Numbered from the whole stretch's first letter, positions 49,695 to 62,983 are shown. The stretch: DNA of 63,709 nucleotides, filler included, from Octopus bimaculoides (GCF_001194135.2; 5 parts of 4 records of this genome joined end to end with filler, not necessarily neighbours in it); one strand, 5' to 3'. Numbers and translations: made by a program. The notes: generated by a model from the letters alone, not told the origin.

Positions 49695-52600
49695 GTGGGC
49701 AATTATAGAGTGAATTTTAGGGCTTATAATTATAATATTATCCTATCCTTCCTTAATACCGGTTCCCATATACTACTCATATCTGCACTCGGTCTCCTTA
49801 GGAGGCTGTTGTGTCTTAGCAAATGTGCTGCTTCTTTTGGTTTTCGTATTTTCCAGTAGTGTTCTCTATCTATTATTTTAACTTCATACCACAGGGGGAG
49901 GTGGTCTCCATTGTTCCATACATGATCAGCTATACCCGATTTATCAATATCTCCTCGTGTTACAGCTTTGCGATGTTCATCTAACATTATTTGGAGGGGG
50001 CGGCATGTTTCGCCTTTGTATAACCTACCACAGCTGCAGGGAATGGAGTACAGGCAGTCTTTGATCATATTCTCTTCTATTGGTTGTTTTACTCCAAGGA
50101 GATATTTGCGATGTGCTGTATTACTCTTGAATACTGCTCTGATGTGAAATGAACCGCATATCTTTTGAATTTTTTCGGAGAGGCCTTTTACATAGTTTAA
50201 ATAGACTGTGGAGGGTTTATTGGTTTCACCCTCTCTTTTTCTCATAATTGGAGTGGATAGTATGTTTTAGGGGCAGTTGTTCTTTAAAAGATCGTTAGTG
50301 AGCTTGGCCATTTCTTCGTTGTGCTTATCATGATCGCTACTTATGTTTTTGCTCAAGGTTCTAGGCACTAAGCAATCCCTCTCTTTATACTGTATGGATG
50401 GTGGGAATTGAAGTTGGGGTATCGTCCAGTGAAATTCAGCTTGCGGTATTCGGATGTCCTGAATCCATACTCGGTGCGTTTTATTAATACAGCTAGGAAT
50501 GCAAGGTCATAGTCATTTTCCTTTTCACTTGTGAATTGTACGGATAGCTTTATTGAGTTCACATAGTCGAACAGAACTTGAACATCATCTTCCTGGGGCC
50601 AGAGTATAAAGGTGTCATCAATAAATCGCAGCCACAGGGTTGGTTTTAGTGATGTTGATCCTAACGCCAAATTCTCAAAGTATGTCATGTATATATTGAC
50701 TATTATCGGTGATAATGGTGAACCCATAGCTAAACCCTCTCTGTCGATATATATCAGTGTCCATACTAAAGTAAGTAGTTTCTCACAGAAGGTCAAGCTT
50801 TCCACCAAGTTTCTTATTGGTATATTAGTGCTTTCTGTTAGATGGTGTATGTCACTAATTTTTCTTGAACCAAATGTAAATAATGTACATAATTACTCAT
50901 CTCTTAAATATAAAACTGTATTATACCAGTTATATTTATAGAATTGCACTGGTGTTGTTAGTGATACATAATCATGCCGTATTATTTAAGAATTTTTCTT
51001 TTCCTATCTATATTCAATTCAAAATCATGTTATTATTGCGTAAAGAGAGGTTTTGTAAAACTTAAAAAGAAGGCGTCTATTATATATGGTTTTATATGGT
51101 CACGATTACTGTGGTTAAACACATGAGGGAACTTTATATTGTCTAGAATTATTGATACAACTGAAAGGTTTTCAAATATATTGAACACACTTCAAATGAT
51201 AAGATATGTAAACTAAGCAAGAAGATATATTGGATTGGTGCATGTTAAAGGAAAAGCGAAAAAACAAGTACGGAATAAATGTTACCTAAATAAGAATAAT
51301 CAAATTCCAAACATCAAAATTGAACACGATCGTGATATAAAGGAAGATGCCTTATTTCCATAGTAAGGACAAAAACTAACAGTATGAGGAAAAGTGTAAA
51401 ATAGTAAATTGTCACGCTATTTATTCATTGTGATATTGTAAACTGATATAAAAAGTACCTTTTGAATTATTCTGCAGCAGTCTGATTCCTTATCGCTAAA
51501 ACTCATTGAATCTATCTACATACGTTTAAAAGAATTTACGCGACACGAAAGAAACCCTACATAAAACTAGAAACATATTTCAATGTAATTTTATATATAG
51601 TTGCTTGGATGTAACATCACATCAAAATACATAAGCTGTAACTTTCCCTTTTACAAAGCCAGTGTGTATCGGCGTGCATGGGTGTGTGTGTATGTATGTG
51701 CGTGTGTGTTTACGCTGCACTTGCATATATACATATAATTCTATCTACCTAACTACCTATTTATATGTATATGCGTGTATACATGTATGTATATGCATAC
51801 ATATCTGTGTGTATCATGCGTATATATATATATATCTGTGTGTATCATGCGTATATATATATATATCTGTCAAATCACAAAATTATGAGTACACAGTATG
51901 TCACGACATGATACTCATTGCATCATAAATATCATTATCATCATTTGCATATATACTTGTGTGGCAGAATGGTTTGCTTGTATGCGGGAGATATGGCTTC
52001 CATTCCTGTTTATCTTGTCTTAGTTAATTTTATAATAAACCAAACCAGACATCATCCATGCTCAAATACAAAGATTCATAACTACATATTTACACGCTTC
52101 CCTATCTGACACCTATTGGATGTATAGCAGTAAAGTATGCACGAATAACAGAAGGTTAATTGTTAATAATTATTGTCATAGTTATCTAAATCTAGCGTTC
52201 GTTACTTTGTAAGAAGCCAATTCCCTCCTTCTAGGAAGAAAACTTACGAATGACAAATGCATACAAATACACTTAAACAAATGTGCCTGTCTGTCGGTCT
52301 GTATGTCTATGAGTATCTACATGCATATGTACATGTAATTCCATATACTTAAATGCCTACATACATATATGTAATGTGCGCATCTATGTATATGTTTATA
52401 GGAGTGTGTGCATATATGTAGATACGTGTGTGCGTGTGCTTGCATGCGTACGTGTATGTGTGTGGGTGTGTGTCTGTGTGCGGTCATGTTATTATGTTAT
52501 CTTATGAATTCACTCTCAACTTCGACGATTACTTCAATGCAGGAACAACATCGTTGATATGTCTGTACTAAATAGGCCTTAGCTCCACTACGTCGGCCTT

Positions 52601-53949
52601 CAGTGAATATATGTTATTGTAAGAATGTCACCTTTCAACATCGCTCCAATAACATTAGCCTTTGGTCTTTAAATTTGGTAAATTTAGAGGCCACAGATTT
52701 ATAGTTATAAGATTGTGAAGGTTGTTTAGACATCCATTTCTTGGTTAAGTTGTTGTGCTTTTATAACATGTTTGGCATTCCAATACTAATTCATCATTCG
52801 TAACATAATTAGAGAATACAGCAACTCCACATATCCAATACTGTTGATATTAAAACCTTGTAGAAAATGTGAAGGGATTGAATTGACCTTCATTACTAAC
52901 CACTTGCTGAAAAGTTAGTGTGCTCTGCTTTGGGTATATCAGAAGCATCTGCACATAACCTTCTAATATATCCCCTGTTATAGCTTTGATTTCGTTGTCG
53001 TTTTCCTCATCAGAAAAAAGTCAATGCACACCATGGTTGTGAAAGCTCTTAAACCTTCTGAATGAACAGCTCGGCACAGATGAATTGGGTTTTTCTGTAT
53101 CTTTGCAAGCATGAACTGGCCTCTTTTAGTACATACCACTTATCGAATGTACTAGGCACCACAGTGTTGATAGTCCACACAGACACCTGCAATCCGTGGG
53201 TGACGGTCCTCGTCGGTAGTGTACCTTTGAACCATATGGATGATATGTTGGGGATGAATTGTTGCGACGTCTCATACGCTGCTGTCTGTCCGGATGTTTT
53301 TTCTCTCCTTGATATAATATGGAAGATTAGCGTCAGAAGTTTTCACTGGGCATTTTTAAAATCCCTGTGTTGTATAGATATGGCAGATAGTGTTAGACCT
53401 TTATCTGCCACAGTGATGTCTGAAAGAAATTAAATTCTTTTAACTTAATTATTATTTAATGCGGTATTCTTCCAGCCAGGGAAAATAACCCACCGATATA
53501 CACATACACACATACAAACTCACACACAAACACACACAAAAAAAACATCATACAAAATACACCCACAACACACTCACATAGAGTTTGTGTGTTAACATGC
53601 AGCACTGCTTGGTACTGCTGGAGCAATTTTCATTTCTCTACGATATACGTTTTCCACGTATTTTGACAGGTACCGCAGTAAAGTGCATTTCAATGTTGCA
53701 TTTATAATAAGTACGAAACGCAGATGGATATTCTAATCATATACTACTTCTATGCCTGTAGTCGTCTGAGTGTATTTGTGGATATTCAATGAAATACGCA
53801 TACACCAAACAAAACGAAACGAAAAGATTGAAATGTGATCACTACCGTCACAATGCATAAGGGATAGAGCAAGTACGATTAACACTTTACTAAAATTATA
53901 GAGATGCATGCATACAAACAAATATACAGGCATACATACATACGAACAT

Positions 53950-53992
<43 letters not shown>

Positions 53993-56900
53993 NNNNNNNN
54001 NNNNNNNNNNNNNNNNNNNNNNNNNNNNNNNNNNNNNNNNNNNNNNNNNNNNNNNNNNNNNNNNNNNNNNNNNNNNNNNNNNNNNNNNNNNNNNNNNNNN
54101 NNNNNNNNNNNNNNNNNNNNATATATATAGACATATATATATACTTATATGCAGTCAGCAATTTAAATATGATCAGCAGATACAAGATCCACATACATTA
54201 AAGAATATCATGTATAGCAGGATTATCGTGTATATTCTTCTTTCTAATATGTTCTCTCTGCATTTCCTATTACATAGTTATAATGCACATAGACGAATTA
54301 CAAAATTTAGAAAGAACGCACTTTTACATGTATTTGGACATCAGCTCATATGTAATTAGCTTATCCGAGAATCAATGGTTGCTTCAGTGCAATGTTTGGT
54401 AGGGAGCAAATCTCGAAAGTTATACTGTTCATGATAAAAGCAAGGGAATAAAACCTCCAAGATACCTGAAGTAGGGAAGTCTAGAATGGGGCATGTCCAC
54501 CAAGATACGCAATAAGTATAAGTATGTATGATCAGGTTTGGAATGTCTTTAATTATGTTTGCTAAGTTAGGTTAGATATGGACTAACAGAGTAATAACAA
54601 AAATGGAATATAAAACAATTTGAATTGTGATGAAGTTTTTTCGAATATGTCTAGAGTAATACCTTTGGAATTCCCATATAAGGCATGCTGTCTTGTTTAT
54701 AACTCTTTAAGTGTTTTTCTATATAGTCATTTATCATATACATCTAAACGTAAAACACGTCTTAGGTATAAACAATAAGGAAATGCAAGATGAATGCTCT
54801 AACCGTAACAGAAAGAATAATTGTGAGGTCCCCTTGATGGTGAAACCAATTTGAAATGAAATAAGAATATAAATTGGACAACAAATAATATTCAGAAACT
54901 AAGCAATGTAAACATCAATCACATTTAATCAACTGACAGGATATTGCCCTATTAATTCGAAAATGTAATCCTTTTGTACAGTGGAATTTAACTGTTTACT
55001 TGACTACTTTGTGGGAAAGGGAATATCACACAAATGCCTCGTTTCTAACTCTGATTAGAAGTTTAGAAATTCTGCTTCCAAAATATCATTTAATGATGAA
55101 ATTACTATTATAGCAGGAACATTTACTGGAAGATTGCATAGAAAGAAACGCTAAATGGGTGATGGTGATGTTTCAAGTAAAAGCGGAATACTATATAACT
55201 TTTCAGGGTATTGTTTCTTTTGGTTTGGAGAAAGTGTAGGGTTCTCTAACTCCCAAGTGGCTGGTCAATTCCATAAACTGACGAAAATTATCAGCTACCC
55301 TCTTGCAGCGACTGAAAGAATACAAATTCTATTGAAATAGTCTCACAGAAAATTACACGAAATGTATACTTGTTTCGAAAATTAATTTTAGGAAGCCGTT
55401 ATTTGTTTGTGGCATTGGTATGTGAACTCTAAATTTCTTTGTTATTTCATTAGGAGAAAAGAAATGCTAATTATAACCTAGACAACATGAAAACTAAATT
55501 TTTAAGCTCTGTTAATTTGTTAATGATCTTAAGACCAAAACCAGAAATACCTACAGCGTTGTGAACAATTGGAGTCGATAACGACATAGCCATCAGCTCG
55601 CATGAACATCACAGCAGGAGAAAGTTGATTTACAATCAGAAAAACAAAACGTGCAAACATTTTATGTCTTTTCTAGTGTGCTTTATATAACTTCGTTTCA
55701 TTGTAGGTATCTTATATAAAGGTTTTCTAGTTGAGCACCGAAAGATTAATAAAGTAGGCCTTATATGATCGTGATATCTATCTTACAGCGAGAATGTATT
55801 TTTCAAATCATTTACTATATCATTACTGTTCCACTCGTACAGGTTACTCAAGTGCGTAATACACGAAATGTTCAGTTTCTGTTCGAAATTCTTATAATAC
55901 TTGCATGGACGTTTTCTCAAAATTAGCAAAAATATCATTCTTTATCCGAGATGCGTAATCACAAGTGGCCTTAGGTTCTATATGGAAATCATTAACAACG
56001 CAGCACAAGAATAAATATAAATATCAATTATAGTAGTCCATGTGGTTCTCAAGTACATAATGATAATATCAACCTGACCCAAGACATTTACTTCACTTTA
56101 CTGATGTAAATAGGTATTTGACCTCTATTTAAGTTGCCTCGCAGTGGTTTGCAAAGGGAATTATGTGATTGTTAATCGAACTTATTAACCACAAACTATG
56201 TATATATCGACACACAAACACGCACAGACACTGACACACACTCACGCACATGTACGTGCACGCGAGCACGCACACCGGCACGTACGCAAGCACACATACA
56301 CAAACACACACACACACCCACACACCCACCCACACNNNNNNNNNNNNNNNNNNNNNNNNNNNNNNNNNNNNNNNNNNNNNNNNNNNNNNNNNNNNNNNNN
56401 NNNNNNNNNNNNNNNNNNNNNNNNNNNNNNNNNNNNNNNNNNNNNNNNNNNNNNNNNNNNNNNNNNNNNNNNNNNNNNNNNNNNNNNNNNNNNNNNNNNN
56501 NNNNNNNNNNNNNNNNNNNNNNNNNNNNNNNNNNNNNNNNNNNNNNNNNNNNNNNNNNNNNNNNNNNNNNNNNNNNNNNNNNNNNNNNNNNNNNNNNNNN
56601 NNNNNNNNNNNNNNNNNNNNNNNNNNNNNNNNNNNNNNNNNNNNNNNNNNNNNNNNNNNNNNNNNNNNNNNNNNNNNNNNNNNNNNNNNNNNNNNNNNNN
56701 NNNNNNNNNNNNNNNNNNNNNNNNNNNNNNNNNNNNNNNNNNNNNNNNNNNNNNNNNNNNNNNNNNNNNNNNNNNNNNNNNNNNNNNNNNNNNNNNNNNN
56801 NNNNNNNNNNNNNNNNNNNNNNNNNNNNNNNNNNNNNNNNNNNNNNNNNNNNNNNNNNNNNNNNNNNNNNNNNNNNNNNNNNNNNNNNNNNNNNNNNNNN

Positions 56901-57395
56901 NNNNNNNNNNNNNNNNNNNNNNNNNNNNNNNNNNNNNNNNNNNNNNNNNNNNNNNNNNNNNNNNNNNNNNNNNNNNNNNNNNNTATATATATATATATGT
57001 TTATTTCCAGAACTCAGTCAAATACACTTGCTGCAATATATAGACTAATGCACGCACGTGTATTTGGTGTGCGTGTGTTTGCATATCTGTGGCTATATGT
57101 ATCTATATTTGCGTATGGCTCTTCGACATTCCCCATCAACTGATTTCCCAATGCCGTTTGATTCAAGTATGCATAGTTAAAAGTAGAATGCATTTCATTC
57201 GTCTATGGAATCATCTCAATTATACGTCAAGAACTTTGATCAATCTTCCTACTTATTGCAATTCCCACATTTACTGTCATCCTCTATTTCTGATGCAATA
57301 TTCGTAATACCGCTTATATACCTAAACTGCATCGACCAATTATGCTCATACAAAGAAATGCTTTAACACAGTCATACACATAAAGACATGCACTC

Positions 57396-57440
<45 letters not shown>

Positions 57441-58989
57441 GGTATATATATATAAATGTGTGTGTGTGTATACACACACTCACACACGCATATCACGTGC
57501 ACTCAGGCGCACGCGCACACACACACACAAACATTATTTCAAGTATGTTTATATCTGTCAATGCCGTTTGTGAACTAAGGAAATATGTTCTAAAATTATA
57601 TATGGATATGTGTTCTTAAATCCATTCGTTAATTCGAAATCTTCTTGGGAAATTTATCATTCTCAGATCTAATTGTAGTCAATGGTAGGGACCTTCGAAT
57701 GCTAGGTATTGAATAATATGTTAATCGGCAATGTTCCGAAATGCTGGCTTCTATTTTCAAATCCCACTTGCAGAAATACTTGATTCGATGGAATCAGATA
57801 ATGTGCAGGACATACATCCATCGAATATGATGTTGTTTTTAACTTCCTATGTCGATGGGTCATTTTTTTGTGTGTCTTTACTATCCCATTGGACAACTCA
57901 TATCACGTGATTTTCAGAGAAATATGATTCCCTACAGTCTTTTGTTGCATACAAATTCGCATAGATCTACACCTTTCAAATGGATCTCCAATGTCGGATC
58001 ATCTGGGTGCTTCAAAACAAGCTGAAGGAAGGCAGAACACTCATCATGTGTTGTGCCATTGTGTCCCTTGATATCCATGTTCCACCATCAGAAATATTAT
58101 GATTTCAAATTAAAAATCGATCTGTGGAATTAAATGCGAATCGGTAATCGCTGCATGATCAGCCAGCGCTAGCCGGATTCAATATATCAGTGGAATACGT
58201 TAATGATTGCTGTTTATAATTCCGCGTTTGGTTAAATGAAATTGTCCTCATCAAGCATGGAGAATCGTATATTCTACAGGCAAATTTCATGCAAATTTAT
58301 AGGCTTGCAAGGAAACTGCTACAGCAACAACAGAAACAGCAGCGGCATCGTCAGTATCGAAATCTTCGTAATCTTCAGAATCATTGCAAACCCACCACCG
58401 TCACCAACGATATCACTGACGCCGACAACGTCACCACGCTGACTAGGTTTCTTTTCCCACATCACCACCAGCAGCACTCACGTTTTCAAAACTTTCATCA
58501 TCGCCACATCAAACATCCGCACCACCACCAACCAGAACACCACCACCACACTAATCATCAAAGTGGTAACAGCTGTCTATAGATCTTGACTTTTTTCGTC
58601 TACACAGAGTTTAACGTTTGTTGACGATATCCGATTATCACTTAGTAATTTTTTTATCAGTATATGTCAGGTGTTTTTTCTCTGTTTCATAATTTTTTTA
58701 TTTTGCAGTTCAAATCACATGATTAAGAGAAAATCTTTCATAAACTAATTTCAATTTTCAGTTGTATTTCTGAAAGCATATAATAGTTTGCACAATTTGA
58801 GCAATACATCAACTGGTTGTTGTTTCTAAAATGTTCAGTAGGAATCCTATATTATTATATTGAATATGTCCATTTCTGTCATTGCAGCCGAAATGTAGTT
58901 TAGAAGTGTGAAATAAAACAAAAACAACATTTTGTACAAACCCAGGAAACAGGCAGAAATATGATTTTATTTATTAACTTATTTCATTT

Positions 58990-59560
58990 TTTTTTTGTAT
59001 AGCATCCTATAATTTCACATCTGATATATTAGAATTGTTGAGATTGTATCAGTAGCTCTCATAGAGGGGATAACATCTCGCTGTTTTGATAGGAAAGAAC
59101 GGAGGACCCAGGAGATAATCTTGCGGGCAATATCGACTTTATTGTTGATGCGAACACTCGAGTTGAATTTCTTGTCAACCACCACCTCTAAGTTTCTCAT
59201 ATTATTAGAGCAGTTCCCCTAAAGGAAGAGGGAATGGTTGTTTGGGGGTATTCTTTTTCCTATACGGGCATGAGATCAAATTTTCCTGCATTTCAGCGCA
59301 TGTTGTTTTTGCCTACCTATTGGCTTACAACCTGTAGATGACTTCTGTTCGACCTCCTCCATTGAATCATCTGCGAACATTTCTATTTTACTGTGTTTGA
59401 TGAAAACTGAGATGTCGTTTATACAGGATATAAAGAGAAGCGGGCCCAAGACACTCCCGCGGGAAACACAAATGATGACTTTTGTTAGGCTTGAGTAGAT
59501 TCCACTGACCGCAACACGTTGTGCTCTGTTGACTAGAAAATGTTTAATCCTTTGTAACAG
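58990..59560 (-). mobile_element. Decayed CR1/L2-group LINE RT fragment
   Basis: IKHFLVNRAQRVAVSG..RGSVLGPLLFISCINDI..EMFADDS (FADD at 59366-59377), then RNLEVVVDKKFNSSVRINNKVDIARKIISWVLRSF. Confidence 0.85.
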
Positions 59561-60420
59561 TTATCACAGTTTCTAATATACATACATATATGTATATACA
59601 TATATACATGCACACATACACTTACATACATATATATATGTGTGTGTGTGTGTGTGTATCCATGCTAGATATTTATCAATCGAAATGTTATACATAATTG
59701 TTGAAGTATGGAATTTGCATATTAATAAAGCGCCATCAGTATAGCTATAACGAATTTTAGATTTCATGCTTTCAATGAGAAGGAAATAATTGCAATCAAT
59801 ACATCAGTTAACAAATATATTAAAGGTGAGGCGACACTTAACATTTTATTCATTATATGCATGTGTTATAAAATAATGTGCAAATCATACCCATATGTGT
59901 GAACTAAATTTACTGCTGATGTATAGAAATATAACTGGTACTATTTATAGAATTATGACAGATACGTTTTGGAAATTTGTAATAAACTTTTCCAATAATT
60001 AGAATTAATTGGATTTTTAGAAACTGCTTACTGTAAATTGAACAAGAGAAAGTTTTTCAAATACATCTATTTAAAGGTAAGATCCAAACAACAAAGTGTA
60101 GGAAGTTAATAATCTTTGATAGTCTGGGGAAGATATAAAAAAAAAAAACTTTCAGGAATAATAGTTGTTTCTTGACGAAGAAGGTTGTAAATTGTTCCCA
60201 TATCGAAGTTCGATAAGCTGAAAAAAATGTTATTTAACTGATTACGAGCTGACATGAGACACCTTGACGTCAATGTAAACATAATTGGATTAAGGTGTCT
60301 TTCGCCCAAGTAGTAGCTAGCGGATTACCCTTCGTTTGGCTAATTACTAATTCCAAATTTCTGCTAGATAAAGCCTGGATTTTATCTACTCCATTCCCTT
60401 ATTTTGATTATATCTATCTG

Positions 60421-60476
<56 letters not shown>

Positions 60477-60576
60477 NNNNNNNNNNNNNNNNNNNNNNNN
60501 NNNNNNNNNNNNNNNNNNNNTTAATTAATTAANNNNNNNNNNNNNNNNNNNNNNNNNNNNNNNNNNNNNNNNNNNN
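60477..60576. other. Artificial scaffold linker (44N-TTAATTAATTAA-44N)
   Basis: Same 100-nt structure. Confidence 0.95.
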
Positions 60577-60701
60577 TCGGTGGTTATGCGAATAAGGGGT
60601 CCAACGTAGGTCATATATCAGCGTGTAAATATAGGATACACTTTTCGTAATGAGATAAAAAACCAAGGCTGTGTATATTATAGAACATTTATAAATCGAA
60701 T

Positions 60702-60749
60702 GTCTTACAGCTGTTTCTAGGATATTAATTATATCCCTTCATTGGAGAC
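60702..60749 (-). ncRNA. Second degenerate minimal hammerhead (different family)
   Basis: Minus strand: GTCT-ccaATGA-a-GGGATAT-aatta-ATATCCT-a-GAAAC-AGCT-GTA-AGAC. Stem I GTCT/AGAC, 7-bp stem II, palindromic stem III ACAGCTGT, GUA cleavage triplet. The core CUGAUGA is mutated to CCAAUGA. Confidence 0.65.
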
Positions 60750-60978
60750 GGTGTGAGAGGATGATTAATCAATAGTTAGTTTAGTTAAGATAGGAAATAG
60801 AAAATGAATGGATATTGTATTTGTAAATTCATTGTTTAGGCAGATTACAATACCTTGTGAGTAAAATCCAATTGTTTTTAAGATTGGCCGTTGGATTTGT
60901 AAATCCATTATTAAGATTCCAAAGTAGTAGACTATTTGGAACGTACTAAGAAACGATATCATTTTTGCTCATATATAC

Positions 60979-61012
<34 letters not shown>

Positions 61013-61984
61013 NNNNNNNNNNNNNNNNNNNNNNNNNNNNNNNNNNNNNNNNNNNNNNNNNNNNNNNNNNNNNNNNNNNNNNNNNNNNNNNNNNNNNNNN
61101 NNNNNNNNNNNNNNNNNNNNNNNNNNNNNNNNNNNNNNNNNNNNNNNNNNNNNNNNNNNNNNNNNNNNNNNNNNNNNNNNNNNNNNNNNNNNNNNNNNNN
61201 NNNNNNNNNNNNNNNNNNNNNNNNNNNNNNNNNNNNNNNNNNNNNNNNNNNNNNNNNNNNNNNNNNNNNNNNNNNNNNNNNNNNNNNNNNNNNNNNNNNN
61301 NNNNNNNNNNNNNNNNNNNNNNNNNNNNNNNNNNNNNNNNNNNNNNNNNNNNNNNNNNNNNNNNNNNNNNNNNNNNNNNNNNNNNNNNNNNNNNNNNNNN
61401 NNNNNNNNNNNNNNNNNNNNNNNNNNNNNNNNNNNNNNNNNNNNNNNNNNNNNNNNNNNNNNNNNNNNNNNNNNNNNNNNNNNNNNNNNNNNNNNNNNNN
61501 NNNNNNNNNNNNNNNNNNNNNNNNNNNNNNNNNNNNNNNNNNNNNNNNNNNNNNNNNNNNNNNNNCAAAAGTCTTCGTTTTGGCGCGCTAATTCCAGGAA
61601 TATATCCGCAGAAAATATTTACTGCGTCTTATATATTCAGTATGAGAACACGAGTAATGGGTAAAATATTATTATAAAATCTGGTAATTAGTCATATATT
61701 AATTAATATTGAATAATTATCAGGAGGCCAGCACATCTAAAGAATCAAAGAGATTCAGAAATATCATCTGCAATCTCAGGGGATTAAGGTACATTTTAAA
61801 AAATAACGTCGACCACTAACGTGGACAGTTAATGCGCTAGAAATAGATCACATCTTGTGTCTATTAAGACCTAAATTGTTCTCAACATGAAATATAGCAG
61901 CATACCAAAAACGTGAGCGGGCAAGACATTTAAAACCACCTAAAAAAGCATTATTAAATAGGAACTAGTTTCGGATGTAACAAA

Positions 61985-62340
61985 TGTGGCTGTGTGGTAA
62001 GTAGCTTGCTCACCAACCACATGGTTCCGGGTTCAGTCCCACTACGTGGCACCCTGGGAAAGTGTCTTCTACTATAGCCGCGGGCCGACCAAAGCCTTGT
62101 GAGTGGATTTGGTAGACGGAAACTGAAAGAAGCCCGTCGTATATATGTATGTGTGTGTATATGTTTCTGTGTCTGTGTTCGTCCCCCCAACATCGCTTGA
62201 CAACCGATTCTGGTGTGTTTACGTCCCCGCAACTTAGCGGTTCGGCAAAAGAGATCGATAGAATAAGTATTAGGCTTCCAAAGAATAAGTCCTGGGGTCG
62301 ATTTGCTCTGAAACAAGTAAAAGAGTAAAAGAGTAAGAGT
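61985..62340 (+). mobile_element. SINE family A, young copy with a deletion near the 3' end
   Basis: Collinear with 10827-11210, but lacks the gactaaaggcggtgctccagcatggcc segment. (AAAAGAGT)n tail. Confidence 0.92.
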
Positions 62341-62442
62341 ATATATAAAGTATAATTGCCAACTAAATGAAGCGGTCCCATAGAGCACGATATATGTGTG
62401 TGTGTATGTGTGTGTGTATATGTGTGTGTATGTGTGTGTGTA

Positions 62443-62542
62443 NNNNNNNNNNNNNNNNNNNNNNNNNNNNNNNNNNNNNNNNNNNNTTAATTAATTAANN
62501 NNNNNNNNNNNNNNNNNNNNNNNNNNNNNNNNNNNNNNNNNN
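62443..62542. other. Artificial scaffold linker (44N-TTAATTAATTAA-44N)
   Basis: Same 100-nt structure. Confidence 0.95.
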
Positions 62543-62983
62543 TATATATATATATATATATATGCATGTATGTATGTGTGTGTGCATGTGTGTGTGTGTG
62601 TGCATGTGTCTGTATGTGTATATGTATATATATACAAATACAAATAAGCTTACATCAACACACATGTACACATGTACACATACACACACTCAGCCTTACA
62701 GAGCAAAAGTCACAAGAGAACAAATGGCATTAAAATCTCTTTATGGAAGAGATTTTCATTTTTTGAAGGCTTCACGTAGTTGGCAGTTAGAAGAGGGAAG
62801 TTGTTTGGGCCTAAAATATGGCTCCTTCCTTCCTTCCTTCCTTCCTTCCTTCCTTCCTTTCGGTCGTTCTGCCTCTTTTCTTTCTTTCTCTCTTTCTCTT
62901 GTCATTTTAGTTATGTTCTGGTGTAGCTCGGTTGACTGTTTTTTTTTCTTCTTTTTTTCCCTCTCCTGCACCTGGGTATGCAG

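Larger units (their letters stand above)
49424..50892 (-). mobile_element. 5'-truncated, disrupted Penelope-like element (RT + GIY-YIG endonuclease)
   Basis: RT GLAMGSPLSPII..WLRFIDDTF (FIDD at 50614-50625). GIY-YIG LYSIPCSCGRLYKGETCR..EH..SGIADH (49730-50245). The two ORFs are separated by stops or a frameshift. Confidence 0.92.

Noticed and set aside
58289-58582. Q/H-rich ORF
   Set aside because: It is degenerate CAA/CAC/CAT repeat with no splice or start context.
60106-60309. Possible RT relic (RNQLNNIFFSLSNFDMGTIYNLLRQ)
   Set aside because: It only faintly resembles the D-L-S-K-A-F-D region and has no second motif to confirm.
2219-62689. Long ORFs in the track made of X, YI/HT/VC dipeptides or homopolymers
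   Set aside because: They come from N-gaps and (TA)n/(CA)n/(ATT)n microsatellites and are not genes.
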